A DNA stretch of 64,000 bases, taken from positions 310,001 to 374,000 of the forward strand of contig CM035357.1 in assembly GCA_020137815.1 (NCBI GenBank), given 5' to 3'. Source of the DNA: Hormiphora californensis (Eukaryota; Animalia; Ctenophora). The notes below the pieces were generated by a model. It was not told the DNA's origin and ran no database searches. It worked only from the letters and a program-made list of their open reading frames with translations. The stretch's first letter is position 1; each line of letters opens with the position of its first letter. Shown in pieces: positions 1-10,345 of the stretch. The translations under genes were made by a program, and so were the position numbers.

Positions 1-165
1 ACTAACACCTCTAACACCACCACCACACACTGTTATTTAGTCTCTAACATCTCTAACACCACCTCTTCTGCCATATAGCATCCTATCTATCCAACCCTAC
101 TAACACAACTCTAACACATAATATCTAACACCACCTCTTCTGTCTAGCATCCTATCTATCTAAAC

Positions 166-679
166 ATGCCACCAGCTGGACGAGGAGGAGAGGGTGGAGG
201 CCGAGGAGGAGGCGGCGGTGGAGGTGAGTTAGCTGACAAAACCGATCTTTTATCAGAACCCACCAAAGATTCAGAGTTGCCTTCTACCAAACCACCACCA
301 GCATCATCACCCATGCCACTTATGTCAGGGGAAAATGATCCTCGACCCCAGCACCCCTCATGTCACCCTCCTGACCAGTCTCACAAGCTTTTTACAAGAC
401 ATAATGCAGGTAGCTGTTTATTATAGACAGCTACCCCCTGTTTGCACCCGACCCTGTTCCACACTCAGTCACCCCTGCCTATAGTTTGTACCCGATTCCC
501 TTGTGGGTTCAAACTAGACAACACTGTTACCCCTGCACTCCTCTAAGACACTCATCATTAGAAGTTCGTTGTCATAAAACCACGCGATCTCACTTTTGTA
601 GTAAACCCTTCCGCTAAATCATGAATTTCTTTCAGGTCACGGCCACGAAGAGGAGAAGGGATGCTGTATCATCTTGTAG
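166..679 (+). CDS. 33-aa Gly-rich micropeptide ending GCCIIL (CaaX), two exons 166-223 and 636-679
   Basis: Phase-1 intron GTGAGT...TTTCAG joins in frame to give MPPAGRGGEGGGRGGGGGGGHGHEEEKGCCIIL*. It shares intron phase and tail with the neighbouring unit. An AG at 146-147 means it could instead be a downstream exon pair of a gene starting before the window. Confidence 0.7.
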
Positions 680-1199
680 ATCCAATCAAGTGATTCAATC
701 GAATCCTCTGGTGATCATTCAATCGGATCGAGAATCTGTGTGGCTTACACCGCTCTGTGAGGATTCGGAACACGTCCGATGTGAACACAAAGATTGAATT
801 CGGAGTGAAACAAGGCAATTTTAGAAGTACTGTAGAGTGACATGGACACTTCATTGCTCTGGTGTGATGTTTTGATGTTTTGATATTTTTGTTTTTCGTA
901 AGATTATATTTTGTTTCAATCATCCTTTGAAATTCCCCGAAACTCCCCAATAAACCATCTGAATGTCCACTGAGTGTTGAGCCTTCTTTCTCTCGTCCAG
1001 ATCCAGCTCCCAATTTTCACTGCCAAGCCTTCTGTCCCCACCTCAATCCTGAGCTATTCAGAAGCTTGTTATAACCCAATCAATCCCAAAGCAATGTATA
1101 ACTCAACTTCTCTTTTCCAAGTCTTCCAGCTCCCATAACCGACCCAATCTTAAGCTATTGTATAGCTAATTTAACCATCACTCTCTCATGTTTAGCATA

Positions 1200-1490
1200 A
1201 TGCCAGGCGCCAGTAAAGAAGGGAGTAAGGCGGGTGATAAGGGTGGGGAACCCAAACCTGCTGGCGGATCACCCAAACCTGAACCAGGTAACATGATTCG
1301 ATTTTGTTAATTTCCCTCAGCCAGAAGCTGGGTAAGAAAGCATGTTTTTGGTAGTAATTACATTGAATTTAATCAATGCTTTCATTTCCTCTTTGAATTA
1401 GAATTGTTAGATGCTAGCCCTCTTTTCGTTGCAGGTGCCCCGGGAGGACAAGAGGAACCCGCTGAACAAGGATGTTGTATCCTCCTCTAG
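1200..1490 (+). CDS. 47-aa Pro/Gly-rich micropeptide ending GCCILL (CaaX), exons 1200-1287 and 1435-1490
   Basis: Phase-1 intron GTAAC...TTGCAG gives MPGASKEGSKAGDKGGEPKPAGGSPKPEPGAPGGQEEPAEQGCCILL*. Confidence 0.75.
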
Positions 1491-1923
1491 ATATCTTCTA
1501 GATTGTTCTATAATCTTCTAGATCCGTCTAGAATCATCTAGATCTCCTCTAGATCCTTCCGTCTTTTATATTTCCCATCCTGAGTCCTGTTTTCTTGGAA
1601 CTGGGGTGGGTGGTACAGCCCCGGTACAGCCACCGTGGTTGTACATCACATGTAGAAAATATCTTCCTCTGATCCCAAAAGAGATAAAACACAACTATCC
1701 ATTGAGATTACTACTCGCATGAAACAGCTGGACTGATGTCAGAACTGTAGATATTTTGTTTCTTTGTTTGTTGTCAGTGTTTTCAGAGTACAGCAGAGTT
1801 TATTATGATGAAGCATGAATATATTAGGGCTTAGGCTCTGTTTTCAATTTTTTGACCACAGCAGAATTCGAGTTATTTTTTTTACGAAAAACATCCTTTC
1901 TTTCTTTGAAACACATTTTCAAA

Positions 1924-2043
1924 ATGCCTTTCACAGGTCCAGCGAAAGCACCGTCTCCGAAGGCCGAGGAAGCCCCTCCTCCTCCACCTCCCCCTCCTGA
2001 GGAAGCTGAGGAAGGTTGCTGTAGCTCTTGTACTGTACTGTGA
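1924..2043 (+). CDS. Pro-rich segment ending EGCCSSCTVL (CaaX); own 39-aa ORF or alternative last exon (1937-2043) of the 1200 gene
   Basis: Reads MPFTGPAKAPSPKAEEAPPPPPPPPEEAEEGCCSSCTVL*. TTTCACAG|GT at 1936/1937 is a phase-1 acceptor matching the other two terminal exons. Confidence 0.65.
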   Translation: MPFTGPAKAPSPKAEEAPPPPPPPPEEAEEGCCSSCTVL

Positions 2044-2541
2044 TGTGTAGCTGAAACTCCTATGGAGTAAGCCATTCTGTCTTCTGGTGAATAAATCTGA
2101 GTTATAGCTGATCTTGGTTTCTGGAATCTGAGTTATTATAACTCCTGGCTTCTGAATCCTGGCTCCTGGATTCCAGGACCTGGAATCTATCTGAGTTCTG
2201 CATCCAAGTTGGCAACTGTTTGGATGTAGAATATTGTTTAGTGACAGCAGGCTGTCACATTATTATATCTCTTCGATCTGTTTTGGGATTGTTATAACTT
2301 CTAAAAAGGCTGGTCTGCATAAGTAATGATGAAATATTTGTAAGTTTTTAACACATTCCAATCCGCTGCAAAGTTATTTTCTATCACTGACACACACAAA
2401 TACACAAACACACTGTACACATTTACACATAAAGGTGCCGCCCTGTATCCTGGGATCCAGTGTCATTTAAATATTAAACGTCTCACATGTCATCACGTGT
2501 CTCACATGTCACGTGTCTCACGTGTCAATGTGTCACGTGTC

Positions 2542-5500
2542 TCAAGTGTCATGAACAGGAATCTCTCCCATTTCCATTTCAGGAACGTGCCCCGACATCT
2601 TCTGTCCCCCAAGTGCCATTCCATCCTTCCCTCCATCCCCAGCACCGCTAGCCTCGTGCTCTCCCTCTTCTTTGGGAGGGGGTCCTATAGCCGGGGCAGT
2701 GGACACATCATATGTGGGAGGTCGGAGTATACCCGGCTGGAGGAGCTGATCCATTTGTTTCTGTTTGATTCTCTTATTGAGCATGCCACCACCCTTCTTA
2801 GGCTGGTTTGAGTGGTTGGAGTGGAAGATGTCCAGTCCTTTCTCAAGGTTGGAACTACCCACCAGCCAGTACGTGTCTACTATTGTATCATCCTGCAAAA
2901 TGTATAGAATATTAATTACTAATCACTGATTTTCGGATATTTTAGGTCTTGCTTACTTAAGTGCAATTTTTCCCCGGCTGTCTTTGGCGTACGAATTTTA
3001 CCAGGAGAAGGGGCGAACAGGAGCAAAAAAATCACAAATTACAGTGGACGAAATAACTAAATAAATAACGTACGATCTTGAACTGTCCTCGGAATAGTGT
3101 TTCAAATATTCCCGTGTCAGCCAAGAAGTTCCTCGTGTACTTGGTTATTAGAATTCTCATCGCTGGAAAGGGAGATCTATTACGATGTTATAGGAGTTAT
3201 TATTTCTATGCTACATATTAAAGATCAATCAATCAATCAAGTAGGTGGAGTCTCGGGTAATCGTATTTTCGTTACCGTTTGACCCGGTAATTATCCAGCA
3301 TGGTAATTATACTAATTACACCACTAATTACACCTACCCTGTGATCGTTCCTCCATGGCGGTTGCCATGTTGACAGTCTCCCCAAACACACAGTACTTGG
3401 GAATCTTCATCCCGATCATACCAACAGACACAGGCCCAGTGGCAAGACCGATCCTTAGTTTCACCTGAAATGAGACGATATTATTTGACCAGATTTTGAG
3501 AGATTGATATCAAAATCTGGTCAACTAATGGTGTTTTATTACAGCTGCAAATTTAGGACAAACGTTTAACTACATTAGGTAAAACTAACTAATGTTACTG
3601 GCCTAAAGGGTAGATCTATAATAACTCACCTCACACATGCTCTCATTTTCATGATCCAGGTTGTTCAGCTGACCCAACATCTCCAAAGCTAAATGTGCGA
3701 TATTGGTTACACTCTCGCTGGTAGCCTTCGTACCACAGGTGGGCAGTCCTGTCACTGCAACGTAGGCATCCCCAACAGTATCCGCCTAGAGGAATGGTGA
3801 ATGGATTAAAATTGGAAATCAAAATATATCAAACAATTAACTTGACATACGCTGCTGCAGTCCCCTGTGGCCGTCTAAAACGTGTGCAAATTAGGGGACT
3901 GCAGCACATGCAAAACAGTAAACCTGAAAACACACACATTTCAACTACACTCACTTTGAAGGCCTCATACTTGTCAGTTAGTTTATCGATCAGACAGAAT
4001 AGGTAGTTCAGCAGGTTAACGACCTCAGTCGCAGAGTGGTAGGAAGAGATCAGAGTAAAATTAACTATGTCCGCATACAGAACTGAAATGGAAAACATGG
4101 GTCATAACTTATTATAAGCTTCTTATACATTGTTATATCTCTATAATTGAATGGCATAGTCAAGGGATATGTGATCTAACTGAATTTTAAATAACTAATA
4201 ATTATAAACGCTACCATGTACTGAGGATATAATTCAACATGAAGAATGAAGATGATTGTTACTCACCGGAGACAGAATCAAATATCTCGGGAGTGACGGG
4301 AATATGGTTCTTCAGTTTTTTAGCAATGTCCGCCGGGACAAGCTTGTAAATCAAATCATCTGATCTCTTTTTCTCTCGACATAGCACCTCTGTCAACTTC
4401 TTTAGTTGGATCGTGTTTTTAGTTTGTACCTTAACCAGTGAGTACGTCTTGTCTGAAAGGGGTGGTTCAGAGTAAGTGCAGTAACCATGACTACAACTGT
4501 AACCATGACAACCATATCAACTCTCATGTAACCATGTAATGGGTTGGAGGGGTATTGGTTCTGGTTTCGTACCAGTGATGCTATGTGTCTAATGGGTGCT
4601 AGTACTAACGAATCTACAGTTACCATGACAACAACATGGTAACCATGACAACTCTCTAACTTACTGATGTTAGCCCAGAACAGGAAAGGTTCAACAAGTG
4701 CGATGAAGATCAGAGCTGACATGGTTATTCCAATGAGAATGTTAGCATTCCTCCTGAAGTCGACAATATTGTTTAACATGGCCCTTGCCAGAATGTTCTG
4801 AACCGTCTTCAACTGCTCGTTATACAGGTTGATCACTAATTGGGGGATAATTAATTATTCAATTAATTAATCAATGGAAACTTAGTTTACATTCTTCTTT
4901 CTATCATCATTCGACTTCACTTTCAAAACTGGACCCCTAGTTCATTACAAAACATCAAAATCCCAGGGGTTGGCCGTCAAAACCACTGTGGGACTGTGTG
5001 CGCATGCCAAATCCAGCTGGGTTTAATGATTGTGATTGGAAGTAAAACAACATGACTTCATATGACGTCACACGAGATATGACGTTATAAATGACTGGTG
5101 AACGAGCCAATCGGAGGCCTGGATTTCGAAATAAAGGCTCACGCACACCGTCGTGACGTCATAATTACCTGCAATCCAGTTGATCCCCATAGATTTTGAA
5201 GCCTCCAAACTCTGATTATTCAAGATCCGATACCGGTGATTTCTAAGTAACTCAATGGCGTCAGACAACCGGTCTGTGTCAGTTTTCAAATCAGGAATAT
5301 ACATGAGAATCTTGGAGAAGCAGTAATCCTCAACCGCCTGGTTCGCTACCATCAGCTGTACTTTTTCAGCATCGGCATAACCTGCAAGAACCGCGATAAT
5401 TAGCACCAACATGTTCCTGCATAATACACACCCCGCTGTGCGATGATTGGAATGAAATAATGAAGGGAAGAAAGAAAAGTTGTAAAAGATAGTCGACTAT

Positions 5501-8188
5501 CAATAGTCCTGAGCCGCCCCAGAAATCCCGTGTTTCTGGTCGGGGTACCTCAAGGCTGGGGAACGTAACCACTGTGCTACATCCCTTCATCTCAGCCCCT
5601 CACGGGGCTGAGACAGCCTCTACGAAGAAGAAGAAGAAAGTCCTGAGCCGACTCATTTTATATCGTTTGTAAAAAGCCCAACTGATCCTGATCACTCCGT
5701 CCCCATGGTTACTAGTAACTACATATAGTAACTACACTGACCTTCTGTGTAGAAAAACATGCCAATAGCATCGATCTTGGCAGCACGACTCTGAATTTCT
5801 AGCAGACACTTGAACGCAACCAACATCTTCCATTTTCTAGTTCCAAACAGTGCGGGCTCTGAAATGGTATAGATTTAATAGTGCGGCGGTGTGTAATTCT
5901 AAAACTCCACATTTTTTGTTAACTTTGAGTCGCCTGACACACTGTTCACGCAACACAACTCTATGAAATCTGAGGTGTTTGGGTCGAAAGAATGCCAGAA
6001 AATAACAACTTCACAGCGGTAAAAACTAAAAGTTTGATGGGCTTGAAATGAGAATGAATAAAAGTTTCACCTACCCTCGCTGAAAGTGTACACTACACTC
6101 TGCACGAGGATCTCCATGACCTTGGTGTAGAAGGAGTTGACGTAAAGGGTGGAATCGATTATCGGGGGAACTCGTATCTCCTTGAACTTGTTTAACACAT
6201 CCTGAGAACAGAGGGAAGGAGAGGGAGAGATTCAGCAGTCCATACCCTTCCTTTTTTATAGTTATAGACGCAGAGAATAAAGTGATTCAATCCAGAAATG
6301 AATATATATTACAGAGTACGAGGGGTCTGATGGGTCCGAAGGGTTAAAAAGTGAATTTTTAGAACCCTTATCTACCCCCGGCCCCTCTGGCATTAAGTAC
6401 TTACCTCTTTCCGCTGCAGTAAGTCGAGACTTGTGTTGCTAATTTGTAAGTTGTCAGACTCCATGTACCCCTTCTCCATGGCTGTGTAGAGAATGTACTC
6501 TTGGGGGTTCGTGGTAGTCAGGTATTTGGGGAAACCCGTCCGATACAGCTCATCAATCCTTTTATCTGTCTCAATCTGAAAGTTTAATTAATTTTCCAGC
6601 GACCTCAAATTGTACACAAAGATCTGCAAGGATCTGTAGTAGATCTACAACCACGCAGCAAATGGATCTGGCCCTGTATAACAGCAGTGACAATAATGCT
6701 ATGGGTACTACCCAGTGGGTAGCTCACAACGCACAGTAGATCAGATTCTCACTTGTGTAGTAGCTCACACTGCACTATTCGGTAGAGTTCTCACCTGTGC
6801 ATGTTCAAGTTTCTGCAGGTTCGGTTGACTGTGGTCCATCACATACATGTAGGTAAAGGACTGTTCTCTGAGTATTTCTGTCATAAGACTACCAATCTTC
6901 ATGCCTTGTAGGATCCTGACTTCGTACTTCTTTACCTCTGGAGACTGAGACAGGGCCTGGTACACATCGAACCCTGAAAAACACGTGAACTTACTACTTC
7001 ATATACAGCATGACAAGACATTTACTACTACTGCCCAAACCAACTTATTGCGCCAAGGAACAGTATCCAAGGAACAGCCACGAAATAATAGAACGACCAC
7101 TTACCTGACGATTGCTTACTTAATTTGCATGAAACTTGAGTAGAGATTAAATCGGAGTAGTTCTGCATTTTTGAACTACCACTTACCAGCAAAAAGAAGG
7201 AGTGTCAGAAGGGGGACAGATAGGAAGACTGATGTCCTGTAAAACACCTTCTTTGCATCTGTATCAGTGAAGGTGCGTGGTGCGTTAGCCAGCTCATGGT
7301 CTATATCCAACAGGTTCGTATCCATATGGGCCATGTCAAGCCCTCCACCTGGACTCCTGTGGAATTAATTAGTTAAATAATTAGTTAATTAATTAACAAA
7401 CTCCTAGAGGGATAGAGAACGATCAACGAGGTGTCAGGTGGGAAGAGATCTTCTGAGAGGAACAAATTGACAAATTGGGGCAATTATATTCAGCGCTAAT
7501 AGAGGGCAGGTATCGCCGTGTGGGCCCTTTTTTGTGTGATACACTCAGAGCGGAATGAACGGTCAGGCTTCACGTTGATAGCGTAATATAGGCAATACGC
7601 TAATAAGCGACAAAAAAGAAAACCTGAAAATCCATCTGTAGTAGTACAACTACAAAAAGAAGCGTCGGATAAAGAAGAACACATATTATGTGTAACATAA
7701 TATGAGGAAGTCAAATACGACCCCCGATTTACCAGGATGCTCGGGGGGGGGGGGGGGGGGGGGGGGGGGGGAGGGAAGGGGTTCGCCCGGTAAATCTGGG
7801 TGCCTGGTAAATCATTAGAATCCAGCGAACTAAATAATCGTCAAACTAACACAAAAGTCAAACACGAAACTTACTATTTAAACAGGGGGTATTATCGCCC
7901 ACAAAGGGTTAACGAAACTGACTTCAAACAACTAAACTAGATTATAAAACTTACTAACCCCCCCACATTGGCACATTGCCAAAACTTACTTAATCCCCCC
8001 ACGGCCGCCCCCAAAACTTACTTGACGTCCTCGTTCCAGCCGCCGTCAAAGAACTGCACGAACTTGTTGAGCCGCGACCCACCACCGGTATTACTACTAT
8101 CGGCTACTTTGGAAGACTTAGTACCAGCGGGGTTGTTGGTTGTGGATCTAGTGGTTGAGGGGGCAGCTACAATAGGATCAGCGCTCAT
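2542..8188 (-). CDS. NIT-domain membrane guanylyl cyclase (NIT-GC-like), about 14 exons
   Basis: Approximate exons 8022-8188, 7187-7356, 6795-6973, 6405-6575, 6076-6201, 5742-5858, 5169-5382, 4665-4836, 4267-4453, 3956-4083, 3630-3785, 3338-3464, 3074-3162, 2542-2892. TM1 (VFLSVPLLTLLLFAG), NIT-like helices (ILREQSFTYMY, WKMLVAFKCLL, GINWIAVINLYNEQLKTVQ), TM2, coiled coil (EKKRSDDLIYKLVPADIA), cyclase motifs YADIVNFT, TVGDAY, LRIGLATGPV, PKYCVFGETVN, TYWL. Cyclase call is firm; NIT call is from motif recall. Confidence 0.85.
7716..7812. mobile_element. Fragment of the CCCCGATTTA (Tc1/mariner-type) MITE family with a poly-G run, in cyclase intron 1
   Basis: ACCCCCGATTTAC and GGTAAATC motifs resemble the ends of the 27648 and 28570 elements. 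Confidence 0.5.
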
Positions 8189-8280
8189 TCCCGTTACTAT
8201 TGGAACTATTGGTACTATTGGACGACTGGATGAGAGAGGGGAGGCCCCCGGGCCGTAATATTGCCTTGTCAGACCACCAC

Positions 8281-8282
<2 letters not shown>

Positions 8283-8338
<56 letters not shown>

Positions 8339-8517
8339 AAGAAATGAAGAGAGATGGATGACAGACCAACTGAGTAGAGAGAAGGGTGGTGGTGCTAATA
8401 TTGATACAGTGACAGCTCCTTTATGAAACGAAATTCTCAGCACGTTACGTCTGTCGTTATATTGCTTTTATATAACCTGGAATGAGAAAGTGAGAGAGAG
8501 AGAGAGAGAGAGAGGGG

Positions 8518-8551
<34 letters not shown>

Positions 8552-8960
8552 GTGAGACAGAGAGATGAGAGGAGGAGAGCGGAGAGAGATGAGATGAGTA
8601 TAAAAGAAGAGGAGAGCGCAAGGAGCGAGAGGCTCTCGTTCGTATCTTGCTCTTTCGATCTATCTCTTCGTTCTCTTCTCTCGTCTCCTCCTTCTCTGTC
8701 TCTCTCTCTCTTTCTCTTCTCTCCTTCGTTTCTTTCGTGCCTCTCTTCTCTCCCCTTCTCTCCTCTCTTCTCTCTCTTTTTCTCCTCTCTCTCCCTCCCT
8801 CTCTCGCTCTCTCTCTCCTTTTCTTCTTCGTCTCCTCTCATCTCTTCTCTCATTCTCTCTATTATCTGTGTCTCGTACGTTTTTTTGATTTTTTTCTTCT
8901 CTTTCGATCCTTTCCATCTCTCCTCCTCTGGCCTTAACTCTCTGTATTCTTCCAACTCTT
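8283..8960. repeat. (GA)n and (CT)n microsatellite and low-complexity tract
   Basis: Direct inspection; it produces spurious SLSLSL and ERERER ORFs. Confidence 0.9.
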
Positions 8961-9113
8961 TCCTCTTTTGCATACTTTCAATCCCCATCTGTCATTCCCA
9001 AACCATTTTTCCCCGCTTGTCCCCTTCTTACAGGGAGTTTTTTCCGTTGCCTTTCTTTCTTCCCCGAGTTTCTTTTCTCACTCTCTATCTCTTTTACCCT
9101 GTCCTTTTGATGT

Positions 9114-10023
9114 TACTCATTCGAGGAATCCGAAGTTTCAGCCCTCTGGATAAAAGTTCATTTTTTTCGACCGAATGAACATTGAATGAACACCAATATG
9201 GGACCATATTCCGGTACCAAAGATTCACAAATTTGTTTGGCTATCGATTTCCTTTCGAATGGGACCAGTTTGAGCTTAATTGGATCACCACAAGAATCAC
9301 AGTGATCCGTTTTCTAAGCCTAGGGTAAGTCATGTGATCCCCATCAAATTATGACGTGTTAGCAAGAGAGCTTACATTTTAACGGATGCTGTATCGGTAC
9401 ATCATCCTCATTAGCAGACGTGATACGTGATACTCGACCGTTACACCTGCTTATTGGCACTTAGTAATGACGCTATCGTCTCATTAGGTGTCAGATGACC
9501 AAACTTAGGGTTAGATAACTAGACACTGTGTCTCTTGTGGTGGTCCAATTGAGCTCAAATTAGTCGCGTTTGAAAGGAAATCGATACCCGAAGGCGACTG
9601 AGAAATTCCGGTTCCAAAAAGCATTCCTGTTTTCAAGTTCATTCAGGATTCATTCCAGTCGGAAAAATGAATTTTAAGATAGAGTGCTTAAATTCCGGCT
9701 AACATCAAATTGATCAAGTGTAGTGGCCGTACAGATTTTTAGCGCCTGAATTTACCGATTTCTGGTCAAAACAGGTCAAAATCGATGTTTGGTAAAAAAT
9801 ATCATCTTTAAATAACTTATTTCACCCACTAAACTTGATTCAATTTTAATAAAAATTCAGATTGCCATTTGTTGATACTTGCTCTATTGTATGGCGGTTT
9901 TTTAAATAATAAAATCAAATTTAATCAAGAGAAAACCTCAAAAAACCCGAAAAACGAAAAATTGAGTTCATTAATGAACTTTCAACTTTTATGATTTGAA
10001 ACTTCGGATTCCTCGAATGAGTA
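9114..10023. mobile_element. About 0.9-kb non-autonomous TIR element (possible TA TSD) with an internal imperfect palindrome
   Basis: TACTCATTCGAGGAATCCGAAGTTTCA at 9114 and its exact reverse complement ending 10023; inverted arms at about 9140-9305 and 9525-9685. Confidence 0.75.
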
Positions 10024-10345
10024 CCCATGCAGACATTGTGTCAAAATATCAGAGTGATTGAAATTAAACTTCTGGGTGAAAAGAAGGCCAACGTACCCTC
10101 CCTTTAATTTGGGCCACGCGGTATAATTTAATATAACCTCACCACATACACATTCTATATTGGTTCAACCCCGTTTTATTTTTCATCATGTTGAGACAGG
10201 GTCGAACTTGTTATGTTCTAACCCTCCTTTACGGGTATTCTAGCTAGGCAAGGTCGAACAAGGCATTTACGCGTGTACCCTCATTATTTGAAGATTTGTT
10301 TGCATCTCACTTCTCCCACACAAACACACACATCTACCACAGGAG

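Noticed and set aside
1321-1331. Possible microexon (CAG|CCAGAAGCTGG|GTAAG) in micropeptide 2
   Set aside because: 11 or 7 nt would shift the frame and lose the CaaX end, and the upstream intron would be only 33 nt.
4402-4836. Apparent premature stop suggesting the cyclase is a pseudogene
   Set aside because: An intron at about 4454-4664 restores the frame.
8437-9178. 183-aa and 208-aa ORFs
   Set aside because: Translations of GA/CT low-complexity DNA.
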